Assembly: GCF_052425735.1 (NCBI RefSeq)
Contig: NC_135765.1
Span: forward strand, 32,426,001 to 32,490,000
Reading direction: 5' to 3'
Source of the DNA: Oculina patagonica
Taxonomy: Eukaryota
Length of the DNA: 64,000 nucleotides
Numbering within the stretch: the first letter of the stretch is position 1; each line of letters starts with the position of its first letter. Below, piece by piece: positions 34,651 through 45,565 of this stretch. The notes under the pieces were generated by a model, which made no database searches, was not told the DNA's origin, and saw only the letters and a list, made by a program, of their open reading frames with translations. The translations under genes were made by a program, and so were the position numbers.

Positions 34651-35265
34651 TTTGAGATGCGCCCAGTTCAGTTTAATCTGCGATCAGAGAACTTTTCTGC
34701 GCATCGTATTTAACACTTGTCTTGCCTTGCTTATGTGTCGTTGTGAAAACTTGAAACAATTTCTCCACGCGATGCCTCCGCCCAGTTTTTATGATGGATT
34801 GACATTGATTGACATTACTTCTAAATAGCCAACCAAAATTACAAACTTTTTAAAGATGCAATCCTGAAGAATGTTTTCCTTTTCACTACTTATTTGCAAT
34901 GCACGAAAAAGCGCCTTTGGCACATACGTTTGATGGTAAAGGCCGTATTTGGCAACCCCTCGCCACAGCTTTGATTGCGACAAAGGCCTTCCATAGGCCT
35001 TTGACCTTTATAATCAAAGGAACGACCAGAGAACGGCAAAGGTAACGTGAATTGTGTTCACGTTTTAGTGTGGTCTACCTAGTAAGTAACGCCACGCTTC
35101 TGTCGTTTTTGATTGGTTCGTTTTAAGCATGCGCCTGCAAGTTATGCTCGACTCTTGATCTTCTGGGTTCAACCCCTATATAGGGCGGGAAAGGGAGAGT
35201 TCAGGGACGCACTAGGCTGAAGTTCGATCAGAATCAACAACACCTCTTTAAGTCTTTGCCACAAA
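34651..35265. promoter_or_regulatory. 615-bp divergent promoter between clade A and clade B methyltransferases
   Basis: Head-to-head ATGs; conserved in the inverted copy 28173-28834; ATTGG (CCAAT), GCATGCGC and GCGGGAAA motifs. Confidence 0.5.
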
Positions 35266-36177
35266 ATGTCTCTAGAACCGCTCTGGGAATCCCATGAGAT
35301 GTATCAGAGGTCGTTTCAGGCATTCATTGACAACACAAATATTAGACAACCAGGCATGCTCAACTTTACCAAGAACGGGATAAAACAAGCTCTGCTGAAA
35401 ATCATTGACAAAGTTGACATCAACGAGCCACTCAAAGTGTTAGGCATTGGTAGTGGAAGCAGTGAGATCGATTTACTCATCCTTCAAACTATGGCGGATT
35501 GCCTTACATCAGAGAAAAAGAAAAAGGCTACCATACACAACGTAATCGTTGAGCCGAGCCCGTTTCTCCTAGACCAATTCAAAATGAAGGCTTCTTCGCT
35601 CCCGCCATTGTTAAAAAGTGCAGCCAATGTTTCCTTTAAATGGCATCAGAAAAGCTTCCGTGAATTCAACCAAGAAACCGCCATTGAAAAGAACACTTTC
35701 GATTTCATTCATTTTGTCCACAGTATTTACTATTTAGACGTGGAGAATGCACTGCGATCATGCTTCGAACAACGGCTGAAAACAGAGAACGGCGCCATTG
35801 TTTGCTTCGTTCATACCGAAGACTCCTTCCATGCTAAACTCAGTAAAACGTTTAAAGGAAAATTAAGCTGTGCTTCTGGAGCTATGTCCTTCTACACGCA
35901 TCAAGACCTCACCGCCATCGCTGAGAAAAACGGCTGGCAATACTGCGTCCCGGTGAAAGAGCAATTTCAGATCAATGTCACGACATGCCTCCGAGAGCCA
36001 ACCTCAAGGGATGACCCGCTCATCGATTTTCTGACCCATCAGCAAAATTTCCGAGCGAGTGCCGAGCAAGAATTGTTTAGCAGTGTGATGAAGATGATAG
36101 ACTCGTTGGCTTTTACGAACGACAGCGGTGAAAAGTTTGTGAAAGGAGAAAATGCAGTAGTAGTGATTTATAAGTAA
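35266..36177 (+). CDS. HNMT-like clade B copy 2 (intact, 303 aa)
   Basis: VLGIGSGSSEIDL, NVIVEPS, FDFIHFVHSIYY, LIDFLT; only distantly similar to clade A. Confidence 0.9.
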   Translation: MSLEPLWESHEMYQRSFQAFIDNTNIRQPGMLNFTKNGIKQALLKIIDKVDINEPLKVLGIGSGSSEIDLLILQTMADCLTSEKKKKATIHNVIVEPSPFLLDQFKMKASSLPPLLKSAANVSFKWHQKSFREFNQETAIEKNTFDFIHFVHSIYYLDVENALRSCFEQRLKTENGAIVCFVHTEDSFHAKLSKTFKGKLSCASGAMSFYTHQDLTAIAEKNGWQYCVPVKEQFQINVTTCLREPTSRDDPLIDFLTHQQNFRASAEQELFSSVMKMIDSLAFTNDSGEKFVKGENAVVVIYK

Positions 36178-38203
36178 GAGAAGCAGTCTCTTTTACACTT
36201 CAGTTTTAAACATTCTAAAAATATAGATGCAACCGAAGAGTTTACTCTACAAACTGTTACGAAAGGATTTACTGTTTTCCAGTCATTTCATTGTTAAACC
36301 GCATTTAACTTTTCTTTTCAAAACGTAGATATGTTATTAAAGTGAGATATTAGATATGTTATTAAAGTGAGACAAAAAACAGCAGCAAGAAAAGAAAAAA
36401 TAAGATTCAAAAAGAAAAAATACGGATTACAGTAGCTATCTAAGCGAGCTATACACATGAATGAAATAGTGACTTTAACTTGTAATTAACGAAATATTTA
36501 CAAGAAGGAAAAAATAAAGGTGTACGGTGTTGGGTAAAACAAAGAGAAGGAACCTCCCTTTTCTTAACAGTTAGTTGTAATCTCTAGCAAGAGCTTACTG
36601 TGAAGTTTTTCCAGCCGACATTTTAACTATTATTCACTAGCTTTAGTTTGCGCGCAATACATTTACTTTTTTCAACACCTTTTGCGGAAGGCTAAATAGA
36701 GATGGAGTTTACTAGAAAGTGAGGCTGATTTCAAAACATATATCATTTAGGAAACATATAAAAGAAATACAAGGCACACTGCGGTGACAAACATGACAAA
36801 AAAAGAAATTTTCATCGGTCAAGAATTGAAACAGTTTTAACTTCCTTAAAGCAAAGAACGAAAATCTTTTGCTCTTGTAATCAAGTTAGTCAAGTCGTTT
36901 TTAATCTGTTAAAAAATTAAATAGTTTAACGGCTCTTTGAAAATGCTCTCTGAGAAACTCCTGTTCTGTGTACTATAAAGCCGTTTTTATGTAAAAAACT
37001 AACTAACCAATTTTCTCTCTTCTTTGTTCTAAACAATGTACAAACAAGGTTAACTTTGTGTAAACAACGTCGACACCGTTTCTAGTGTTTAAAAATTGGT
37101 TCCATGGAAACTAATTTACGAGAAAGAAATTTTTAATTATGAACTCAAAACAACAAACTACCGAAAATATATTTGTTGACCAAATGAGCTGAGGTGATGA
37201 ACAAAGTGGCAGATGTACAGGTGTACAAAGTTCGAATCAGCAATCTTCAAAGTACAATTTCCAAACACAACAAATGAAATTTCTTCTTCGAAAGGAACTA
37301 CTGTTGATTAGCGAAATAGTGCTATAAAATGTTTAACAACGAAATGAATGAAAAACGGAAAACCCTTCCTTAACAGTTGAAAAAGCACTACTCCTCCACG
37401 ATTTTATAAGTAAAAATATACCTTATTTTGAAAAGAACTATAGCCCCAACCCTTAACCCTTGCCGTATAGCATAAATATTCATAGCTGCGTGTTATTTTA
37501 GCTTTCCCCCCATCAGTTATTTTTGTTTACTCTTGTTTTGTCAACCCAACATATATTGAAATTTAATCTTTCTCACTTTTAAATATTTTAATCTTGCACT
37601 GCAAGAAAAGTTAGCTTTGCCACACTTTGGATTCGTATCAAAAGTGAGAAAAAGATGGCTGAATTACTTTTACACAGATGTCAAAAGTCAACATTGCCTT
37701 TGACAGGGATTTGAAACGCGTCAAAGTAAGTAACAGATTTGACGCGAGTCAAGTGTATCATTGAATTGACACGATCAAAGTCACATTTTACGGTATCTTT
37801 GCTACATCTTTGAATTACGTCAAAGGTGTATACTATCAAAGACGGCCTTTGTCGCAATAAAAAGCCATTGCAAAGGTTCTTCAAAGCCACGGTCAAAGAG
37901 AACCTGTACCCCCAGGTCAAACGTATTTGCTAAAAGCGATTTTTGTTTTGTGCAGTGCAAATGAAAAATTGAACAGGAACTCTCAGCAGTTTGATCAGCC
38001 TTGCATCTTTACAAAGTTTTTAATTTTGTTTGGCTGTTTAGAAGATATGTCAATCAATGTCAATCCATAATGCAAACTAAGCGGAGGCATCGCGGGGAGA
38101 AATTGTTCCTAATTTTTTCAGCGGGACATAAGCACGGCAAGGCAAGAATCGAAGTGAATAGTTACGAAGCGCGCAAAAATTCGTTTGATTGCAGCTTACT
38201 GAA

Positions 38204-39136
38204 ATGAATTCCAAAATGTCTCGACTTGTTGGTTGCTCGCTTATGTCTTGTCCTGAAGCTTATTTACAATCGCTCCAATGTTATTATGCATCAGTAGATC
38301 CACCCCAACGGCCTTTAGAATGTATTGAAAAACACGTCGTTCCAATTATCGCTGATTATGCCCGCGATCGCCTTTAAGATCAGTCGACATTTTCCATTCT
38401 CAGTGTTGGAAGTGGTGACGGCGAAAATGACCTGCCCTTCCTTGAGATTCTGAGCAAACTCTGCCAAGGAAAAGACGAGAAAGTTCAAATGTTTGAACGT
38501 GCCATCGAACCAGACAAAAATATGTTGGAAAGATTCCGCGCTAAAGCAGAACATTTGCCGGAAAGTTTGAAGAGCATAGCAGATATTGACTTTGAATGGT
38601 GCGCGATGACCTACCAGAAGTACGTTGAACAGAAGAAGAAAGCTGATGTGAAATTTGATGTAGTGCACTTTATACATAGCTTCTACTATGCTGGCCCGCT
38701 TGACACAGCACTGAATCATTGCTACGAGAATGAACTTGGGACAAAAGGAGTCATTTTGACTATCATAAACGATGAAGACAATCCGTTTGTGAAGTATGGG
38801 AGAGCATTTTCTGACCAAGGATTGATTTTGAATCCTGGAGCTTACTACAGCAACAAAGATGTTAGAGATGTCGCTAAAAAGAACGGCTGGAAATTTGTTG
38901 AATGTGGAGGCGAGTCCAACTCATTAGACATAACAGCCATCTTTGATCGTTCATCTGAGCAGGGAAATAAACTGCTGGATTTCCTGACACATTGCGTTAA
39001 TGTTAGAGAGACTGCAAGCCAAGACAATCTTAAGAAAATTTTTCGTTATTGGCAAAATGAATGCGTTGATGATGATCTTGGGAGAAAGATAATCCGCTGG
39101 AAGACAAGGGCTGTTATAATTCTAAAAGGGTTGTAA
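38204..39136 (+). pseudogene. HNMT-like clade A copy 4, premature TAA at 38375-38377
   Basis: CGC CTT TAA GAT where paralogs have CTT AAA/GAA GAT; frame otherwise intact. Confidence 0.85.
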
Positions 39137-40368
39137 ACGTCGAGGTCACTGGCGTGTTCATGCACTTTGAGGTCTCAAAGTGCATGTAGCCTGCGTCGCA
39201 GACGTAATCTAACCCCGGCTTACCAAGGGTTAAGTTTCGTCTGAGGCGCAGGCTAAGTGACCTAAGTGCATGAGACAAAGCCATTGATTGTAAACCAACA
39301 AACAATGTGTCGTTTATAGATTCTAATGTGACCTGTGTGATGCGGGTTATGAAGGCTAGACGCGCGGACATTTACAAGAACGTGAAAAGGTACATGAGCT
39401 GCGTAAACAGATTGAAGCCATCCTCTATTTTCAAAAACCATAACAACATACACGCGAAGGCCCCTGGACACTAACTGAGGCGTTTTACGGTCCTAAAGAA
39501 AGGCAGAAATAAGTTTGACTGTTTAGCGCACGAGATGTTGTTTAAAGACAGCTAAAAGCCAATCTAACGTGCAATCGGACTCCATTAGTGCGAAAGTATT
39601 CGTGTAATGTTATTTTAGCGCTCTCTTTTTATGATAATTTGGCGCTATTAAGAGCCTAGCGTCGCAACTCGCAAGCACAAGCGCAAGCACGCAAAAAGGA
39701 CAAATGTTGATTGGCAAGCACAAGCGCAAGCATCAAAATGCAATGCGCTTGTGTTTTTGCTTGAGTCGAAGCCGTTTTAACGGTGAAATAAGAGCTGTTA
39801 TCCTTGCGCTTGTGCATGCTAGCGTCGCTAGTGAAAACCAGGCTTAACACTGCTTTAAATACTTTTGTCATTTATATTTTGTACATACACCCGATTGAAT
39901 AATCGTTGACCCATGAAAAGCATAAACCATGAATAATGCGACCCAAATGTTTACTGGGAAATGGGGAAATAATCGTTGTCTCTGACAAAATAAACACGAT
40001 AATGAGACAGGTTGCATAAATCATGCTCTAAAGGCTCTCAAAGAAAGAAAATGTCTTGATTATCAATAAAAGGAATATCACTTAGCTTACCAAGCCTGTC
40101 TCCCCAGAATACAATTGGGTTATATAGATTAGTCACATCGTTCATGGTTAATGCTTTTCACATGGTTAACGTTTCTTCAATTAGGTGTATACTAGTATAA
40201 CTAAATGGTAGGAGTATGCTGACAGTAACTTTATGAACTGTACTACTTTTTCTGCTTGAAACGGAAAAGTATTGTAAATGAAGCTAAACGATATGAAGGG
40301 AAGTATTAACATACTGCAAAGGACACTTATTGAAAGGACTCTTTAATAAAACTATAAAACAAACCTTT

Positions 40369-40575
40369 GGTCAAACGCACGATAAGTTTCACCTTGGACC
40401 TCGACCTGGGCCATACAAGGCTCACCACAGGGCGGCCTCGAACTCGATCGCGACAAAACGTTCAGAAAGGCGATTCCTCGACTTTCCTCTTGGGGGAAAA
40501 CCGATTGCACGCATTTCCAACGCATTTGCGCACGACAAGTTTCACCTTGGACGTCGATCTGGGCCATACAAGGCT
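40369..40575. repeat. 153-bp satellite, ~1.3 monomers
   Basis: GTTTCACCTTGGAC at 40386 and 40539. Confidence 0.85.
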
Positions 40576-42349
40576 TTTTTGATTTTTTTTCTTACTCGTT
40601 TGTTTGAAGTTGTTTGAAGTTTTATTCTCTTTTACAAAAACTTTACGAACTTCGACTTCACTCTGAATGTTTCAGTACTCTTCGGCAAACATCGCGCAAC
40701 AGGTGAGCGCGCACAAGTTTAGCCGAGTTTGGCGGGAAAGTTTTTTTTCCTTTTAAGAACGGGAACAACAGCTAAACTTTAAATACGAGGTTCTGTATCA
40801 TTGTTAAAGCCTCTTTTTAATTCATCGTACGGTAACACTACTTTACGTGAAAGTGGCCATGATATCGTGGCATATCAGGTCAGTGACTTGATATCGTAGG
40901 ATATCAAGACAGTAGATCGCGCTTCTGATTGGCTACTTGCGAACTTGGGTACGGTAATACAGTGTATTACCGGCTCATACTTGCGCTCATACTCGCGTTC
41001 TCTTGACCAACTAACAGTACAGTTAACTCGTATTGTAGTGAGCCGAGAACTCTTGCTGTTGATTACGTTAACTGAGCCCGCGGTATTCGGCAGGGTTGTT
41101 GCTAAGTAACATGACATCATCATGGCCACATGCTGACGTCACAGCTTTTAGAGTATTGGTGCTGTGTTTCTGACTGGAATATAAGAATCGGGCCACTTCG
41201 GCTTCTTTACGGAGATTAGCCGAAAACGAAGACTGTTTCCAAACAAGGAACATTCACATAAAGAGTTAAATTTCATAAAAAATAATTATCAATATTCTTT
41301 TATTTCTGATCCTTTTTACAGAAACAGCAATAGCAAATAAATTGATTTAACAAAGATCAGCCTCTTAAAGATATTTCGTACAAAATTCACGATACAGGGT
41401 AGGTTCTTCAGTGACAATACTAAATGGTAGCGTTATTATTAAAACTGTTCCTTATTAAATAAAACACTCAAAACTATGAATTTCAACCTTAGCTAACAGA
41501 GTGTTACTGTGTTTTCAATGCATTGAAAAAATAATGGCTAGGTAATATATTTTTGTTTTGTAAAACTGGAATTTTTATTAAGCTGTTCTTTAATAATTAT
41601 AATAGAAGTTACATATTATTAAGCACTTTTGTGATTTCACATAGATGTTTTAAAGTTTTGTAAATAAATAATTTCAACCTTGCTTTTGTAGAAATGTGTA
41701 CATTTTATAATATCAGTGTCAAAATTATTTCATATTGACAAATAAACAGCACCTTGCCAAAGTTCTGCTCAATAGTCTCATTTGAATGGTCACACATTGG
41801 GTTTTCAGCCAAATATTTAAAAGGACCCAAATCTATCACAAATGAATGCGAAATTTCTTGTGTACCGTATTTTTTAGTTCATTTTTAATAGCATCGCATG
41901 ATCATAAGACCATTTAATTGAAATGACCTGCTTGTAAGACTGACAAGCAAAAAAATAAATCATGTATTACATGAACAAGTTTTTTATTCATCTCTATCTT
42001 TTGAGAGTTTGCAATAATTATTAATTTGTGTCAGTTACAATTAATGCATTAAGTTGTTCACACCTTACTCAATTCCTGGAGTGAGGGGTGGGGACTTTTC
42101 GTATAAAAGGGATGGAGATGCCTACCATCTTGCTTAGGGGAGTAAATTATGGATTTTTGTTTCACTTAGGGTGTTCTGGACATAAAATTTAAATATATTA
42201 ATTTAGCAATCAAGGTCTTGTTTAGGGCTGCACATGAAGAAATAAAAAGTGCCTTCATATTGTGTTGGCTGTCTAAGACTAACCAGGCATGAAAAATTTA
42301 TCTGGGTGAAAAAAAAAGCTTGAGCCATTCCCAGATTGGTCCCTTTTAA

Positions 42350-42662
42350 GAGAAGCCTCGAGCCAAAGTGGTCCATACTTGCCAGAGCTTATCCAGGTTT
42401 CATAGCATAAGCGGCTAGGAATATTTCTACTCCCCCCTGAATGGGATGCTAGTCCATCCCAGGGTACCCCCCAGCTTTATGTCGCCCGTACCAATTTATA
42501 CACCTGGGTGGAGAGAGGCACTATGAGAGTAAAGTGTCTTGCCCAAGAGCACAACACAGTGACACCGGCTAGGCCTCGAACCCGGACCGCTCGATCTGGG
42601 TTCGAGGCCTATTCGACGCCGATTCGGTCCGGCGCACTAACCATTAGGCCACCGCGCCTCCC
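42350..42662 (-). mobile_element. CORE-type SINE (duplicated copies at 47045-47332 and 51721-52008)
   Basis: Same family as 11008-11296; co-duplicated with the tandem unit. Confidence 0.85.
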
Positions 42663-43200
42663 AGAAATAACAATAACGACAATAATATGACAATAAGACA
42701 ATAAGTTAGTCCCCTTTAGGGCTTAATTAAAATTTACACGGCTTATCTCATATTCTTGCAACAATTTTTTTTATAATTTTTTCAAGTTATTTTAATCTCA
42801 CCTACATGTACAAGTGTGAAATGGACAAGACACAAAACTTGGGCCGCCATCACGATACCGTGATATTAGCCTGCGTTGCAGACGACTAAAACCCCGCGAA
42901 GATTTTGTGACACATCCGGCTACAACGCAGGCTACAGATGTTTTATATTTGGCGTGACAAGGACTTTCAGACCTTGCGCAACACTACATTCACGGAAAAC
43001 GGCGCTCTCGCTTATGTTTCCTATTTTTATATAGCGTTAAGACTTAAAGTTTACAATCTAGAGGTTAATTTCTTCGTTAAATTATTATTAACTACCGTTT
43101 TCCACGCTTTCTTTTATGTACGTGTCGTACGGGAAAAGAAAACGCCTGTGAGTCCGCCTGTATCAGCCGCTGACTGTCCCGCAGAAGCCTTCTCATCAAA

Positions 43201-44121
43201 ATGTCTCAACTTGTTGGTTGCTCGCTTGTTTCTCGTCCTGAAGCTTATTTACAATCGCTGCAGAGTTTTCAAGCAGCATTATTGGGGCCAGGAAACCGAA
43301 CGTTGGAGTGTATTGAAGACCATGTTTTTACAATTATCGCTGATTATGTCCGCGATCGCCTTAAAGATCAGTCGCCATTTTCCATTCTCAGTGTTGGAAG
43401 TGGTGACGGCGAAAGTGACCTGCCCTTCCTTGAGATTCTAAGCAAACTCTACCCAGGAAAAAACAAGAAAGCTCAAATATTTGAACGCGCCATCGAACCA
43501 GACAAAGAAAGGTTGGAAGGATTCCGCGCTAAAGCAGAACATTTGCCGGAAAGTTTGAAGATTATAGCAGATGTTGAATTTGAATGGTGCGCAATGACCT
43601 ACCAGAAGTACGTTGAACAGAAGAAGAAAGCTGATGTGAAATTTGATGTGGTGCACTTTATACACAGTCTCTACTATGCTGGCCTTGAAACAGCACTGAA
43701 GCGTTGCTACGAGAAAAAACTTGGGACAAAAGGAGTCATTATATCTATCATAAACGATGAAGACAATCCCATTGTGAAGTATGGAAGAGTATTTTCTGAC
43801 CAAGGCTTGATTTTGAATCCTGGAGCTTACTACAGCAACAAAGATGTTAGAGATGTCGCTGAAAAGAACGGTTGGAAATACGTGGAATGTCCAGCTAACT
43901 TCAAACCCTGTGACATAACAGCCATCTTTGATCGTTCATCTGAGCAGGGAAATAAGCTACTGGATTTCCTGACACATTGTGTTAATGTTAGAGAGACTGC
44001 CAACCAAGATAATCTTAAGAAAATTTTTCGTTTTTGGCAAAATGTATGCGTTGATGATGATCGTGGGAGAAAGATAATCCACTGGAAGACAAGGGCTGTA
44101 ATAATTCTAAAAGGATTGTAA
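43201..44121 (+). CDS. HNMT-like clade A copy 5 (intact, 306 aa)
   Basis: Full ORF with all motifs. Confidence 0.9.
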   Translation: MSQLVGCSLVSRPEAYLQSLQSFQAALLGPGNRTLECIEDHVFTIIADYVRDRLKDQSPFSILSVGSGDGESDLPFLEILSKLYPGKNKKAQIFERAIEPDKERLEGFRAKAEHLPESLKIIADVEFEWCAMTYQKYVEQKKKADVKFDVVHFIHSLYYAGLETALKRCYEKKLGTKGVIISIINDEDNPIVKYGRVFSDQGLILNPGAYYSNKDVRDVAEKNGWKYVECPANFKPCDITAIFDRSSEQGNKLLDFLTHCVNVRETANQDNLKKIFRFWQNVCVDDDRGRKIIHWKTRAVIILKGL

Positions 44122-44663
44122 AAGTCGAGGTCACTCGAGTCTCATGCACTTTGAGGTCTCAAAGTGCATGCGGCCTGCGTCGCGGGCGTAATCTAACCCC
44201 GGCTTAGGGTAAAGTTTTGTCTGAGGCGCAGGCTAAGTGCATGAGACAAAGCCATTGATTGTAAACCAACAAACAATGTGTCGTTTATTGATTCCAATGT
44301 GACCTTTGTGATGCGGGTTTAAAGGCGACACGCGCGGACATTTACAAGATCGTGTAAAGGGACATAAACTGCATAAACAGAAGTCATCCTTCACACTCTT
44401 TTTTCTATAAGAATATATTTTATAAGAATATTGAGGCTGAATTTTGCGAAATTTTAAGAATATTTTAAGAATGGCGAAAGAATAAACCCGAGGCTGAGAT
44501 TTTGAAAAGAATTTATTTTTAAGTGTTTAAAATTTGTAAATTCAATACAATTATATTATTTCTGCTCGAAACGGAAAAGTATTGCGAAGTTGTAATTATG
44601 TTAGTACTGCAAAGGACGCTTATATTGAAACGACTCTTAAATAAAACTATCAAACAAACCTTA

Positions 44664-45565
44664 GGTCAAACGCACGACAAGTTTCACCTTGGATCTCGAC
44701 CTAGGCCATAAAAGGCTCACCAAAGGGCGGAATCGAACTCGATCGCGCCAAAACGTTCAGAAAGGCGTTTTCTCAACTTTCCCCTTGGGGGAAAACCGAT
44801 AGTACGCGTTTCCAACGCTTTTGCGCACGACAAGTTTTACCTTGGACCTCGACCTGGGCCATACAAGGCTCACCACAGGGCGGCATCGAACTCGATCGCG
44901 ACAAAACGTTCAGAAAGGCGATTCCTCCACTTTCCTCCAGGGGGAAAACCGATTGCATGCGTTTCCAACGCATTTGCGCACGGCAAGTTTCACCTTGGAC
45001 CTCAGCCTGGGTCATACAAGGCTCACAAAAGGGCGGCATCGAACTCGATCCCGCCAAAACGTTCAGAAAGGCGTTTTCTTGACTTTACTCCAGGGGGAAA
45101 ACCGAATACACGCATTTTCAACGCGTTCGCGCCCTAGAAGTGTCACCTTGGACCTTGACCTGGCCCAAACAAGGCTCACCAAAGGGCGGCATCGAACCCA
45201 ATCGCGACAAAACGTTCAGAAAGGCGTTTTCTCCACTTTCCTCCAGGAGGAAAACCAATTGCACGCCTTTCCAACGCTTTTGCGCACGACAAGTTTCACC
45301 TTGGACCTCAGCCTGGGTCATACAAGGCTCACAAAAGGGCGGCATCGAACTCTATCGCGCCAAAACGTTCAGAAAGGCGTTTTCTTGACTTTACACCGGG
45401 GGAAAACCCATTACACGCATTTTCAACGCGTTCGCGCCCGAGAAGTGTCACCTTGGACCTTGACCTGGCCCATACAAGGCTCACCAAAGGGCGGCATCGA
45501 ACTTGATTGCGCCAAAACGTTGAGAAAGCTATTTTCTCGACTTTCTCCTAGGGGAAAACCGATAA
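44664..45565. repeat. 153-bp satellite, ~5.8 monomers
   Basis: Monomer anchors at 44681, 44834, 44987, 45140, 45293, 45445. Confidence 0.92.

Larger units (their letters stand above)
24260..39150. repeat. Inverted segmental duplication, arms ~24260-28878 and ~34605-39150
   Basis: A1(-), spacer, B1(-), A-stub(+) mirrors A4(+), spacer, B2(+), A3(-); non-coding blocks match in reverse complement (e.g. 26030-26200 vs 37140-37315). Confidence 0.88.

Noticed and set aside
41370-41412. Possible minus-strand hammerhead (CTGAAGA...GAAATATC)
   Set aside because: No convincing stem I or stem II, and the core is absent in the three paralogous copies
44664-45565. CRISPR-like array
   Set aside because: Whole 153-bp monomers are homologous, with no unique spacers and no cas genes; eukaryotic context
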